Positions 52,283-64,000 of a DNA stretch of 64,000 bases are shown piece after piece. The stretch comes from Psammoneis japonica (Eukaryota), in assembly GCA_008632985.1 (NCBI GenBank), contig QPGO01000019.1, positions 62,001 to 126,000 of the forward strand. Direction: 5' to 3'. Below the pieces are notes generated by a model. That model was given only the letters and a program-made list of their open reading frames with translations, was not told the DNA's origin and did not search any database. Every line of letters begins with the position of its first letter. Position 1 is the stretch's first letter. Made by a program: the position numbers and the translations under genes.

Positions 52283-53447
52283 TAAAATTTCGCAGATGAA
52301 AGAGGGGAACTTCTTTTTTCGAAAATTGTGAGCCCTCTGTCTCGCAATGGGACGAAAAGTGTGTAATGATTGAACGTAAAAACGCAACCAAAAGATCCGT
52401 GCATACAGCATTATGAGGGTTGATGTTCAGGATGCACAAGTCTCCACGGTCGCGCGTGACTCGTGACTCGTAAAATTCCCGCGACCAAAACACGCGATCA
52501 GCATTGCATTGATGCCGTCTCTTCCTGCAACAACATGGCACCCTGGTTCTTGATGCTGATGTCAACATTAACAGCAAAAAGGTTGCTCGCGTGTGAAAGG
52601 CTAGAGGCAAATCATCATCTTAAGTCCTTCATCGTTCTCACTTTCCAAATGGTTCTCGACAGTGGTGCAGTGGAAGAAGGATTCGAAACCGATTAAGAGC
52701 GGCCCAAAACTCCCAGTCATTGAGTGAGTCTCAGCTGCTGCACCCAGGAAAGAAAGCCGATCGCTTCAAAATCCATTTCTCAATCAACAGTCTTCGCTTT
52801 AGAAGACGATGCGCATGATTTTTTGATTCATCATGAGAGTGCATTCTGCACCACACCGTAACATACGCACTGGCACCGAGGTTCACTCGCAACTTCGGGA
52901 AGTCTTTAAGTCACAATGAATACGGCGATGTCATTAGAGTCGGTGTCATGTCATCTCGCATGGTCCGATGACGCCTGCATGTGAGGTGCCACACAGGTCG
53001 CTCTTCTGCTCGGTGTCTCGTCAATCCACCGTCAAAGACTTCCCAATGAACATCAACATATTCATTGTATGTGAGGAGCATCCAACAGCTTCGCGTTAAT
53101 TTCCCGAAAGCAGACAAGTAGCATTCATAGTGACGTTTGGAGTGTGGCTTTCGTGCAAAATGTGTGAGAAAACAGCTCGGAGAAAGACACAACTTCGTTT
53201 TGTCGAAGGACATTTATTTTTATTACACGAACTTCAACACTTACGGATAATACCTAATTGATGTGTCATAAATAACCGACAGCGGTCACGGTCTTTGATC
53301 GAAATTTGTCTCACGTCGACTCACCTCAACCCTCTCACAAAATTCAAAAGATTGATTCGCGATTGCGAGAAAAGAACCATCATCATAGCCAATGAGAAAA
53401 AAAGCAAAGAAATCAAGCGGGCGTACGTTACTAAAGATACAACCATC

Positions 53448-54900
53448 ATGAGGCGAAGCAGAGTCGAGTCAATAGGTGCATTCTGTTTGCACTTCATTTG
53501 CACCTGATTGCATCAACAAGCAGCTCGAGGTTGGGAGATCCCGAATCAAAAGCCAAACGTGCAAGGCAATTAGGCCTAGGGCTAGTGCCCCAAGGATCAA
53601 GTCTTGTATGGGTTAATAAAACTATTATGGGCTCGTCGTATCTTCTTGGGCAATGTGAAGGTGAGCCGCCAATGATTGAAACTTCCTTTTCTTCTTGACG
53701 GAAACTCATTCACCGCCTTGATTATTTGCTTTTACAGGAGATTGCAACGGAGACGTGGATTGTCAGCAAGGCCTTCGTTGTTTCATGAGAAAAGGAAAAG
53801 AAGCGGTTCCGTCATGTCCTGGAAGCCTAGGAGAAGGATTCACAAACAAAGATTATTGTTACCTGCCGTTAGAGAACATTCCACAATCGAGCCTAATCTG
53901 GAAAGGGAGAAATCCCGCCGAGAAGTTGGGTCACTGTGAAGGAGATGTGAGTTTTGACTTTAGAAGATATACAGCAACTGTACTGTTTGTTTCTGGTACT
54001 AATTCTAACTTTGTTGAACTTGCAGTGTGACACAAGTGCGGATTGCATGCCTGGGTTGCGGTGCTTCAAGCGTAACGGTTTCCAAGCGGTTCCAGGATGC
54101 CCAGATAGCGAGGGAGAAGGCTACCGCGGGAGAGACTATTGTTATGACCCATCGAAGGAGACACCAAACACAGCGGAGACGAGCCTCATATGGAGAGGGC
54201 GAAATCCGACGGACGACACCTTCCTTTTGGGAGAGTGCGAAGGAGACGTAAGTTCGATCATTGACAATCGAATTGAGCTTTGGGATCGCTGATTGTTCTT
54301 AGTCCATATTCTTTGCTTGTACATTAGTGTGATAGCAACAGGGAATGTAAGCCGGGGCTGCGCTGTTTCAAGAGGAAGCGTCTTGAAGCGGTTCCAGGAT
54401 GCCCAGGAAGCGAGGGCACTGGAATGCCGGGGCGTGATTACTGCTACTTTTACTCACCCCCTGACGCAACGCCTCTCTTGGGACATTGCCAGGCTACGTG
54501 TACCAGCAACTCGGATTGTGAGCCTGGCTCTTGTGTGTGGAACAGAGTGCCGCGTTGGTTTCGAAATGCACTTTGAATCCTGGAACGTCCTCAGGCAGAT
54601 TCTGCTTTGACATGAGCTCAGCAATTCCAGAGACTGCAAACATCCTATCGCCCCTGCGCCCCAGCTAATCCACCACAGCAGCGCCGACAGAGAAACAACC
54701 TGTTGTTGGGATACTACCTACAGACCCCAAATCAGCGCCAGAGAAGGTCGACATTCTAATCCCAATACCTCTGGAGGAAGCACCAGCCGAAGCACCCACA
54801 ATAAACGATGAGCCTATTCTGTCAATACTACCAACAGACAACAAGCAAAAGCCAGAGATTATAAACGTACCCGTCCAGAGTTGATAAACATACCGATTGA
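53448..54900 (+). CDS. Frustulin-like cell-wall protein (acidic Cys-rich repeats, Pro-rich tail); at least 4 exons, ends uncertain
   Basis: Repeated LG.CEGDC(D/N)...C..GLRCF.R...AVP.C....DYCY. Introns at 53661-53737, 53947-54025 and 54248-54327. Confidence 0.85.
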
Positions 54901-55337
54901 AGCGCAAGAGTCACCGTCACCTGCGCCAACAATAACGAAAAGTGACTCATCGAATACATATAGGTGTTCCCAACAGATCATCACAAGGGGTACTAGAGAG
55001 GAGACAATTCTCTCGGGAAAGAAGGGACTTTTACTCTATTGTAGTTTATAATATTTGAAGAGCAGATCGGGAAGAATCGTACTTAGTTCGGGAAGTTGCA
55101 TGATGTATTTTATCGTTTAGGTCAATTCGTCATAAATGTGAAAGCAGAACATAGTATTAGGTAGCTTAGCAGTTTGCAAGAATATGGTAGTGTGTGATTA
55201 GCGAATCCCTATCACGTTAGTTTTGACATGACCTTCGTCTGGATTCAACCCTGTTGCTTGGTCCCTGCATGAATGCATTTTATCAGTTTGGCTGTAAGAT
55301 TTCAGATCTCGTCTGTTTTATCTGTTCTGACCACAAA

Positions 55338-56159
55338 ATGGCGGTCGCTAACTCGCACTTGCTGCTATCAAAATCGCAGCACCATGGCAGGAAAGACGAA
55401 AACGAAGAAAGCAAGGAAGAGGAGGAGGATGAAGACTATGTAGAGCCCATGGATGTGAGCCATGATGATGATGATGATGCCCCGTCGGAACAACAACAAG
55501 AAGAAACACTGCAAAAAAAGCCTCGACTGAGTGCTCAAAACGCAAGGCTGTGGATGATGCGTTTGAAGAGTTGTTTGGATACAAGTACGGCACACGTTTT
55601 GCATTACAACCTGCACTACTACAAAACCAAAAACGTTCCAGAAAAGAATATATACTGGTTGACATGTTTGGTCCAACAGCCGCCGCCAGACTCTTGTCAC
55701 AAACAACAACATCAGTCGTCGCAGACGGGCGAGACTAAGCCACGAAAATACACACTACCGCCTCTACAGCAAACCAAAAAGACAGTGACAAGAGTGAAAC
55801 GGTTTGCTGGAACCGAAATTACCGTCGAAGAAAAAGTCAACGACGACGACGACAAGTCTGGTGTTATTGGTGCAAAGAAAGCGACTCGCGCATCATCAAG
55901 GAGAAGAAACAAACAAGGCGGCTTGGATCATGTCTTGAATCAGTTGGAGGGTCCGTCCAAGATTTCGACAGTGGCTAAAACGAGTGCCGATTGGGACAAG
56001 TTTAAAACCAAGGAGAATTTGGAGGAAGAATTGGAAGAAAAGGCCAAGGGCAAGGATGCTTACCTGGTCAAGAAGGACTTTTTGAATCGCGTTGATCAGC
56101 GACGCTTTGAGCACGAAAAATCACAGCGAGACGAGGAGAGAGCGGCAAGACAAAAGTAA
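55338..56159 (+). CDS. BCNT-C domain protein (CFDP1/Swc5-like)
   Basis: Acidic N-terminus and KISTVAKTSADWDKFK...YLVKKDFLNRVD. The middle part probably reads in frame 55550..55738 (compensating indels). Confidence 0.88.
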   Translation: MAVANSHLLLSKSQHHGRKDENEESKEEEEDEDYVEPMDVSHDDDDDAPSEQQQEETLQKKPRLSAQNARLWMMRLKSCLDTSTAHVLHYNLHYYKTKNVPEKNIYWLTCLVQQPPPDSCHKQQHQSSQTGETKPRKYTLPPLQQTKKTVTRVKRFAGTEITVEEKVNDDDDKSGVIGAKKATRASSRRRNKQGGLDHVLNQLEGPSKISTVAKTSADWDKFKTKENLEEELEEKAKGKDAYLVKKDFLNRVDQRRFEHEKSQRDEERAARQK

Positions 56160-56240
56160 TAGCTTCAAATACAAGGCTCATATGGCTTCTGAAACGAGTG
56201 CTATTGTCTCGAGTGAATTACTAAATTCTCGCTACTGGAG

Positions 56241-56950
56241 TTAGTCATTGTATTCACGCAGTCCCTGTGACAGCGATGCGATTTGATAGGTAAAGAATCC
56301 CGCAATGGCTGGAATCTCCTGCAGACCCTGCGTTCGAAATTTACCCACAATGATAAAGAGCAAAATCAAAAAGGCAAACCTCGCTTGTCCTACACCAGCA
56401 CCCTGCACGCTTTCCGTCTCCATCGCGGACCCACCGAGGGTTTCCACGTACTTGCCCAGTCCATACGAATAGGCGGTTCCAAAGGTTGCTCCAAAGGCAA
56501 AGGAAAGGGCGGTAAAGGGATTGGACGATACTGTCCAAAGAATACAAAAGATAATTACCGAATAAAAAGCGGTATCAGACACTAAACCAAAGAGACGTTC
56601 TTGGTACTTTCTCTTTTGTTCGCTGGAAGAGACGAGCAATTGAGGATCAGAGAGGTCTATCAGCAAGTTTGGAGTTCAATAATAATGATCACACTATGAT
56701 GCAGAAACCTTTTCACTCACTCTTTCATTGGCTTATCCGATGCGTCCGACATTTCTTTGGCGAGCGCTTGCTGCGCCTTCCAAAACTCATCATTGTCCGT
56801 GTTGTACAACCTGCTGCTAGTAGCTCTTGTTGAACTGTTGGGGCGTGTCACGATAGTTCTTGGACTGCTAGGAGGAATAAACGCGTTACCAACAGATAAG
56901 GTTACAAACAATAGAAGAAACCATGGCGCTGTTCTGCTGAAGCCTCTCAT
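56241..56950 (-). CDS. Plastid-targeted membrane protein, ATP synthase protein I (Atp1/CGL160)-like; 2 exons
   Basis: Signal peptide + GNA-FIP, in-frame intron 56720-56623, four hydrophobic segments and C-terminal GFFTYQIA. Confidence 0.7.
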
Positions 56951-57188
56951 GGCGCTTTGACGTATCATCACCGACATTGCAATCATCATGTCAAAGAAAC
57001 GTGGGGTGGGTGTTTTTGATTTCCCGCAATTTTCTGTCCTTCGTACGAGTTGACTTAGAATCCTACGTAAATGACATACTAGCGAAAACTCCCTCCGACC
57101 TGACCTATCCTCCCCCATTTTTTTGACATTTTCAATTTTCAATTTGCGTGTGCGCACCGCAAGCCCCAACAAGCAACAAGATTCGAAG

Positions 57189-57869
57189 ATGGCGGCGGCG
57201 TTCTTGCGGTTGTTTTCCTTACTTCTTCATCTATCGGCCCACGTGACTGCGTTTGCATCGATACAGCCTCGTCATCAGAACCGCCATGTCATAAAGCCTC
57301 GCAGCAAACATGATTTGAATTCAGCAACAACTACTACCAGCAGTGTTGATGCTACCGAAGCTTTTCAACCATACAACGGAGAACAACCAAAAGAAGCCTT
57401 GCCTGAAATATTTATTCCTCAAGTGCTGCCAGACGACGACGATGATGATAGACTTTGGGTACCACAGACGGACTGTGTCTCATTTCGACCGCTCTGCTTG
57501 TGCGTCTCGGGTGGATACTATGTCAATTTGTTGCGGGTCCGTGGTGCCGGATTGCTTTCACGACATCGCCATCCTGGGCCGGTGCATGGACACGTGTTAA
57601 AGGGGAAATGGAAGTATCTAGAACACGATTGGACCGCCACGGAAGGGTCCTATGTCTTTGAACCGCCTGGAGAAATTCATACGCTGGTTGTGCCCGAGGG
57701 TGTGGAGGAAATGATTACCCTGTTTCACGTTACGGGGTCGCTCCTTTATTGCGACGTAGATGGCAATGTTGTTGGTGCCGATGATGTATTTACAAAATTG
57801 GAGCTTGCCAAGGCTCATTATGATAAGGTGGAATTGGGCAAAGATTTCGTTCAGCAGTTTGTGCGATAG
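57189..57869 (+). CDS. Cupin, 2,4'-dihydroxyacetophenone dioxygenase family
   Basis: RLWVPQ...FRPL, RHRHPGPVHG.VLKG.W.YLEHDW, FEPPGE.HTL, and a bipartite-like presequence VTA-F. Confidence 0.88.
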   Translation: MAAAFLRLFSLLLHLSAHVTAFASIQPRHQNRHVIKPRSKHDLNSATTTTSSVDATEAFQPYNGEQPKEALPEIFIPQVLPDDDDDDRLWVPQTDCVSFRPLCLCVSGGYYVNLLRVRGAGLLSRHRHPGPVHGHVLKGKWKYLEHDWTATEGSYVFEPPGEIHTLVVPEGVEEMITLFHVTGSLLYCDVDGNVVGADDVFTKLELAKAHYDKVELGKDFVQQFVR

Positions 57870-57988
57870 AATTAGTTGTGCAAAACCTACCGAATTAAAT
57901 GACGTTTTCTGTAGATTAAACAAGTTGTGCGATAGATTTGTTCGATGCGTATTGATTGAGCATGCAAGTCGTCTTTTAAACACTAAAG

Positions 57989-59683
57989 TTATACCTCAGC
58001 ATGGTAAACCACCATTTCATATAGCGAATAGCCGTACTGTGTGGCGCGCTCGACCCCACGCATTCGAATAAGTCTACCGGTCGAATCATCTGGAAGATTC
58101 AAGACGTCGACGCCACCATCACCTTCAGTAATTTCAAGTGCCGTGTTCCAAACTAAACCATCGTCGCTTACTTGAATTAGGTACCCACTGCCAAAGGCTT
58201 CTTCCCATCGCAACACAACTTGCTCAAAGACTTGGATAGAGCCATAGTCAATGGCCAGCCACTCCCGGTCTAATCCCCGGATGCTCGCCCATCGAGTACC
58301 CAAATCATTGTCGGTCGCGAACGCAGGGAAATTGTCTTGTTCAAATGACGAAGCAGTGGTGATGGGATAATTCACGTCGGAATTATCAACAATCATTTCA
58401 TAAAGGGAAAAACCGTATTGGGTGCCGCGATCGATTCCATACATGCGAATGGCTCTACCAATTGTTCCCGCAGGAAGATTCAACTCTTCAATTCCACCAT
58501 TACCATTACGAACTTCAAGCATTGAGGTCCATGTTTCCCCATCGTCGCTGATTTCAATATTGTATTCCGAGCCGTAGGCATCTTCCCAGTGCAGCTCAAC
58601 TCGGCTAAAAGACTGGAGACGTCCATAGTCCATGGCTAGCCACTCTTCGTCTTCGCGCTGGCTTGCCCAACGAGTTGAAAGATCACCGTCGGTGGCATAA
58701 CGTGGGAAAAAGTCATCTTCAAAGGAAGATGCCGTGGTTTCGACAATGATGGGAAGGATATCTGGTATCGAACTCGCTATTTTTTGGAAAGAAACGTCAT
58801 AAAGCGAGTACCCGTAGGACCCGCCTTCGTCGCCTCTTTCAAGTCCTTGCATTCGCACATGGGCGGTGAGGGTACTAGAGGGGAAGTCAACAACATCTAC
58901 GCCACCTGAACCTCCTCTCACTTCGACGGCAGTCATCCAACTGTTTCCGTCCTGCGATGTTTGAACGTTGTAGTCTTCTCCAAAGTCATGAGCCCAATGA
59001 AAAATGGCATTCCGGAGGAAATAAGCACGGTCAAACTGGACAGAAATCCATTCATTGTCTTCATTGGCGCTAGCCCATTGTGTGATCATGTCCGAATCAA
59101 TCGCATTCTCCGCAACATTTCCATTCAGTTCTGAAGACGCACTTGCTGCAACAATTGGCACGTACGCCGATTCGTCTCTTGAAACCGTAATTTCTCGTAT
59201 GGAATACCCATGCGAAGTGGCACGGTCAATACCTCTCATACGCAAGTACTTGGCGGTGGCACTGTTGAGGCCGATTGTCTCGGATCCACCAGCGCTATTT
59301 CTGACTTGGGCGACGGTCGTCCAAGTGACAGCGTTGTTTGATGTCTCAAGGTCGTAATCCTCTGCGTGAGCGGCCTCCCACAGAATGTCGACCGAGTCGA
59401 GGACATGTTCTGTAGCGAACTGTACATAAAGCCACTGGTTGTCGCTGGCATTACTTTCCCATCGGGTCAAAATGTTGCCGTCGGTGGCATAGTAGGATTC
59501 GTAGCTTGGTTGTGATGATGACGCAACCGTGTTGACAATTTGAAGACTTCTTTCGAGCCTTCGCTCACTACGATGGTTGTCAAGGTCAGATTCTCTGCGC
59601 TTTCTTACTTGTCCATGGGAACGCTCACCATCTACACTGCTTGCGAGAGCGCATGTCAATGTGGCGACAAACGGAACCTTCAT
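57989..59683 (-). CDS. Secreted protein with four F5/8 type C (discoidin/CBM32) domains
   Basis: Four repeats of ASS...A.D....TRW.S...EW...W...Y....S.D...W...RM.G..R...YGYS.YE, plus a signal peptide. Confidence 0.9.
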   Translation of the reverse strand: MKVPFVATLTCALASSVDGERSHGQVRKRRESDLDNHRSERRLERSLQIVNTVASSSQPSYESYYATDGNILTRWESNASDNQWLYVQFATEHVLDSVDILWEAAHAEDYDLETSNNAVTWTTVAQVRNSAGGSETIGLNSATAKYLRMRGIDRATSHGYSIREITVSRDESAYVPIVAASASSELNGNVAENAIDSDMITQWASANEDNEWISVQFDRAYFLRNAIFHWAHDFGEDYNVQTSQDGNSWMTAVEVRGGSGGVDVVDFPSSTLTAHVRMQGLERGDEGGSYGYSLYDVSFQKIASSIPDILPIIVETTASSFEDDFFPRYATDGDLSTRWASQREDEEWLAMDYGRLQSFSRVELHWEDAYGSEYNIEISDDGETWTSMLEVRNGNGGIEELNLPAGTIGRAIRMYGIDRGTQYGFSLYEMIVDNSDVNYPITTASSFEQDNFPAFATDNDLGTRWASIRGLDREWLAIDYGSIQVFEQVVLRWEEAFGSGYLIQVSDDGLVWNTALEITEGDGGVDVLNLPDDSTGRLIRMRGVERATQYGYSLYEMVVYHAEV

Positions 59684-60129
59684 AATTCCTGTTGAGGAGG
59701 CGGTATGTTAGTCGAGTCGACGATAATGCGAATGCTAGCTGAATGGTGACAACAGTGTCACTCTGTACTCACCTGTTCTGTCAATTGTTTTCTTGCATTC
59801 GTTGTGTTGGTTACGGTGTACGATACGACGTAGTTTTTTGTGAGCAAAATTCTGAGCAAAACACGACACACTTCCACATGAAATAACGAATAGGTAACGG
59901 TAACTCAAATACTTAAGTGATGTAAACGGCCATATGTAAAATATTTAAGCCTGGCACTAATATGCCCTAATCAAATGTGACATTTCTGACATTTTGACAT
60001 GGATTACTTAAATAAAGAAGTCATTCCTCAATTTTTTTAGCCACACTCATGACTAAAAAGGTCATGAGGTGGATTGAACAGAAACAAAGAGAAGCGAAAG
60101 CAGTTAGTACGAGGCGATCAATGGATCAA

Positions 60130-62500
60130 CCAGGTGGGGGCTTGTTGGGACCGTGAAGGAATGCCAGCGGGTGAGAATCATTTTACTGAAGGGACAGTCT
60201 TGGGGGGCAGCGAGAAAAGACTTGCTGGCCTTGTTGCCTCTTGGCTGCTGGTGCTGCTGGTGGTCAAAAAAGCCTTCCTCAAAAGAGTGAAGCGAAAAGT
60301 CCTCACCTCAACCACAGCTTGTTGGCTGACTCTCCATTGGTTGAGCAGAAGTTGTTGCGAGTTCTGAGAGCAAAATTTCCCAAAAATCCAAAGTGCACAT
60401 CAGAGTTGAAGGCCCCCCAGCTGATGAAAAGTCAAGCCAAAAAGCAGACATGCTCAAAAATTTCTTGGACCACCATGGGCAAAAGCCAGCTGCACCACAA
60501 AACTTGTGGCTGGAAAAAGTCAGCAACAAATTCATGACACAAGAGGCTGCAGGTGTGGACAGACCACAGCTGAAGAACAGATGTTTTGTCAAAACAAGAC
60601 AGCCGTCCATTTCTGCAATGGCCCCAGCTCTGGAGATTGAACCCTCACAACTGATCACAGATTTTTTCTTGTCTTTGACATTGCACTGTCCCTTTTCAGC
60701 TTTGTGCTGTGATCAGAGCCAACTTGCCTTTGAAAAGCCCTGGAGCAGCAACAAATTAGCTGGAGAGTCCTTGTGCAGTGGCTGGTGTTTCGGGAATCAG
60801 TGGCTGGGGAGGAGAAATGTGTTGACACCCACATGTCATGTTGTTGCATGAAGCCCAAGAAAGGTGGCTGGAGAATGCAGTGTCATTCTTGGCACACCTT
60901 TTGTGTGCAAGGGGGGGGTTGAGGAGGGGGGGGGGCTTTGTGTTCTCTTCTTCAGCATCAGAGCACATTTGCAAGTTGTCGTCTGTTTCCATGTTGTTGG
61001 TGGAGGGTGAGTTTCCAGCAAAGCTTTGGCTGGAGAGGTGCACCATGGAGACTGTGCACAGGAGAGAAATCAAAAAATGATCTCATGTTGGAGCTTCTGA
61101 TGAAAGAGAGTGGAAAAAAAGACTGGCAGTGTGTTGCAAAATTTCATCTCCAAAGCAACCATTGCAAGCAAAGATGTTTGACAAATGCAAATGTTGAGTG
61201 TGAAGTTGAGAACAATGGAGTGCCCCAAGCAATTGTGAGGGCCCCTGATTGTGAGCTCTTAGAATGTGGAGTTGCAGGCTTGCAAAGCCACAATTGCACA
61301 GAGTGTGCTGCCTGGTGGCTTTTGCAGGTGGTTGTTGGTGCTTGTCATTTCAGAGCAGTTTTCTCAAACTTTCATTGCACCCCTCAGCCAGATCTCTGAT
61401 GTTGACAGCATGGACATGAGTGTGGACATGGACACATGGATGGGCCACAGTTGCCCTGCAGAGGCAACAGTGGCAGCAAGAGAGCACAGACGGTGTGGAA
61501 AGCACCCTTTTGGCAACCACTCTTGCGTCAGGGCTCTTTGATCCATTGTCTGCCTCTGCTTGACCTGATCACAAGTCTGCCATGATTCTTTTGGATGCAA
61601 CTTGACAAATGTGTGGTGCACAAGCTTGCTGAAGTGCTCAGGCTCAATCCCACCCTGATGACTTTGGCAGCAAAATTGGCACACTTTTGTTCTTTCCAAA
61701 CTTCCTGCAGAAAACTCTTGCACAAGAAAATTCACACACAAGTCAGTTTTCTGCCCATCAATTTGCAGCAAAAATGATCAGAGCATTCTTGCATCAACAG
61801 CTGTTGGCCTCCACAATTTTTCTTCCAGGAGTGCAATCTTCTCTTGGTCTCCACATGCCCATTTCACCACACATGCCAGGCCAACAGCAGCAACAACAGC
61901 CAGCAACCACTGTTTTCAAGTGTGGTGCCACAGATTTGCTCCATTGCAGTCAGATGATGTCACAACAAGAAAGGCATTTCCCAGGGTTGCATTTGATGTG
62001 GTCATGCTGCACGTGCCTGCTGTGAAAAGCATGTGAGAAGAACAAGAAAAGGACAAGAAGGTCAGCCAGACTCTGTTGTGCAAAAAAGTGGCTGTGCACA
62101 CAGTTGTGAAGATTTGAAACTCCAAAAATGTGGGCAAAGGCATGAGGACAAGTTGAAGGATGTCACTCATGAAAGAAAAAGAAATGATGATTCAACAATC
62201 GGTGAGTCAGAAGAAGAACCTTGGTTGAGGACCATTGCTGGGGTGGCACACATGTGCGAGAGCACTGCGCATGTTCTTCCAGAGGCAGAGGAGCTTCTTT
62301 TTTGTTGGCATTGTCCATTGTTCACACACACACAACAACAACTTCAGTGGCCCCTTCTCTGCACACCTCACAGTGTATTTCTTTGCTCTTTGCAATGGAT
62401 TCAGGCCATTGTTGAGCCGCAAGAGTCAATTCTTCAACCGGACGAGATGTTGCAAAGGCACCACCACCGCTTGTTTGCGGACCAGCACACTTTCGCCTCC
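60130..62500. other. Unidentified decayed repeat tract lacking nearly all TpA and most CpG
   Basis: Composition only; no recognisable protein motif. Confidence 0.6.
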
Positions 62501-62855
62501 GAACGGACAAGAGACAGACACACCTTGGTCTTCGTTGGTACCGCGTACCGTATCCGCCATGGCGGGCATGCATGGCAGCTAATAATCTTTATCTTTAATT
62601 ACACAATAAATTTCTTCTTTCAAAAGAAAAACGCTTTATCATTTCAAGTTTTTGAGACACTAGAGAGAGCCAGGTCTTGTGTCACGAAAGAGGGTCGGCC
62701 TCTTCCAATCGTATCGTGGTTGGCGTTCAAACAGAGTAGAGAATTCAAAACACATGGATCAAGAATAGTCCTGTGACGCGTTATAGCATTGACCCTCGTC
62801 ACGGAGGTCGGTCGTTCTTCAAGCTACTTTCTCAGTTCTCTCAATCTCTTGTTCA

Positions 62856-63848
62856 TCATTGAGAAAGCATTGCTTTTCGTATCTTTTGTTTCAATAAAGG
62901 TTTACCAATCATCTGCAAAACCTTTTCTGGCAACTTTGACTTTGTTTGATCCCAAATATCCTTGGCGATATCCGACGTGGACATTTGAGTGGGCATGTCA
63001 AACATGTTGATTTGATAGTCGGGTTTCAATGCCAACATTTTCTCACGATGAAAGGACGCAACTTGTTTGTAGTATTCTCGAAAGTCGTCCTTGTCTTTCG
63101 CCTTCTGACGATTGTATTTTGTAAAAAGAGTGGAACATTTCTCTTGCGGATCACCCTGTTGCATTCGCTCGAGCCAATAGTCATAATCCAAGGCATGCCG
63201 CGCATTATCCTTCAACAGCGTGACGGCTCCGTGATTCTTCATGCGGCTCTCTACCCACTCATCAATGCCTCGGTCTGTAAAGACAAGAATTGGCTTGCCA
63301 CCACGCTGCCTTTTGATCACGTCTAACATAAAGGGCACCATGTAGGGATAGGGCGTATCATTGACGGCCATAATGCCACTCGTGACAACCTGTTCTACGT
63401 GACGTCTTAGACTTGTTAGTATTTCAATTCCCTCCGCAAAGGTACAATTGTCACTTGTGAAGCAATGCTGACAAGCACCATGATCTTGCATGACTAGAGC
63501 TTGTGCCTTTGCTCCCTCTAGTATTTCTTCATTCAATTGTTTCCCTCTTAGGGGGTAGACGCAACCGCCTTGAAAGTGCACCGACGGTATCCCAAGCTGA
63601 CAAAACGCACTGTGCAACGTCTTTGTTCCGGTAGTGCCTTGTCCAGTTCCGATATAAAAGGGAACATATGGCAAGGAATTATCATTGCTTGTTGTACCAC
63701 GGTGATGGTTTACCTCTTTTTGAGTAGACGCATCAATGCTGTTCTTGTTCTCGTTGTAGGCGGCCTTGTTATTTGCGAGAAAAATCCCGGCGAGCAAACA
63801 ACACAACCCAGTCTTTATTAGCTTGTTCTTTATCTGTTTCAATGGCAT
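62856..63848 (-). CDS. P-loop sulfotransferase-like type II membrane protein
   Basis: N-terminal anchor, IGTGQGTTGTKTLHSAF..LG..SVH, NDTPYP and TDR....WVESR. Confidence 0.7.
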   Translation of the reverse strand: MPLKQIKNKLIKTGLCCLLAGIFLANNKAAYNENKNSIDASTQKEVNHHRGTTSNDNSLPYVPFYIGTGQGTTGTKTLHSAFCQLGIPSVHFQGGCVYPLRGKQLNEEILEGAKAQALVMQDHGACQHCFTSDNCTFAEGIEILTSLRRHVEQVVTSGIMAVNDTPYPYMVPFMLDVIKRQRGGKPILVFTDRGIDEWVESRMKNHGAVTLLKDNARHALDYDYWLERMQQGDPQEKCSTLFTKYNRQKAKDKDDFREYYKQVASFHREKMLALKPDYQINMFDMPTQMSTSDIAKDIWDQTKSKLPEKVLQMIGKPLLKQKIRKAMLSQ

Positions 63849-64000
63849 TTTTGAGAAAGAACTGTATCCTTTAGGAGGAGATGGGGTGTATGTATTTTCA
63901 ATTTCGCTGCAGGATGAGGGATTGGAACACCGGTAAGGTTTACCACATCGCACATCGCACAACATCCAGAATACGGTAATGAAGTGAGGTAGGTCAGCAG

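Noticed and set aside
23129..56159. Programmed frameshifting or mass pseudogenisation in many genes
   Set aside because: Single-base indels occur in unrelated, otherwise conserved genes with no common slippery motif. Long-read assembly error is the simpler explanation; needs read-level checking.
1..62500. Classical RIP or CpG deamination as the sole cause of the TG/CA excess
   Set aside because: RIP would create TpA. Intact copies show TA, not CG, at most changed sites. CpG decay is present only as a secondary, slower signal.

Overview
Eukaryotic nuclear DNA, most likely from a pennate diatom: it has short GT-AG introns, a frustulin-like gene, a CoDi-type Ty1/copia element and bipartite 'A-F' plastid-targeting presequences. 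About 15 ordinary genes alternate with tracts of transposons, MITEs and duplicated gene fragments. Many genes contain single-base frameshifts, probably assembly indels. The main signal is that the repeat tracts have lost almost every TpA dinucleotide. Wherever an unmutated copy exists in this window (a 390-bp MITE, an RdRP gene, a GLUG gene, an unknown gene) or two LTRs can be compared, TpA has become TpG or CpA, i.e. A>G on either strand. In proteins this turns Tyr into Cys or His. It is the mirror image of fungal RIP, spares the functional copy, has sharp borders and outpaces CpG decay. This suggests an undescribed repeat-targeted DNA hypermutation system, or a repeat-specific base modification that the sequencer miscalls. 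All coordinates were read by eye and no searches were run.
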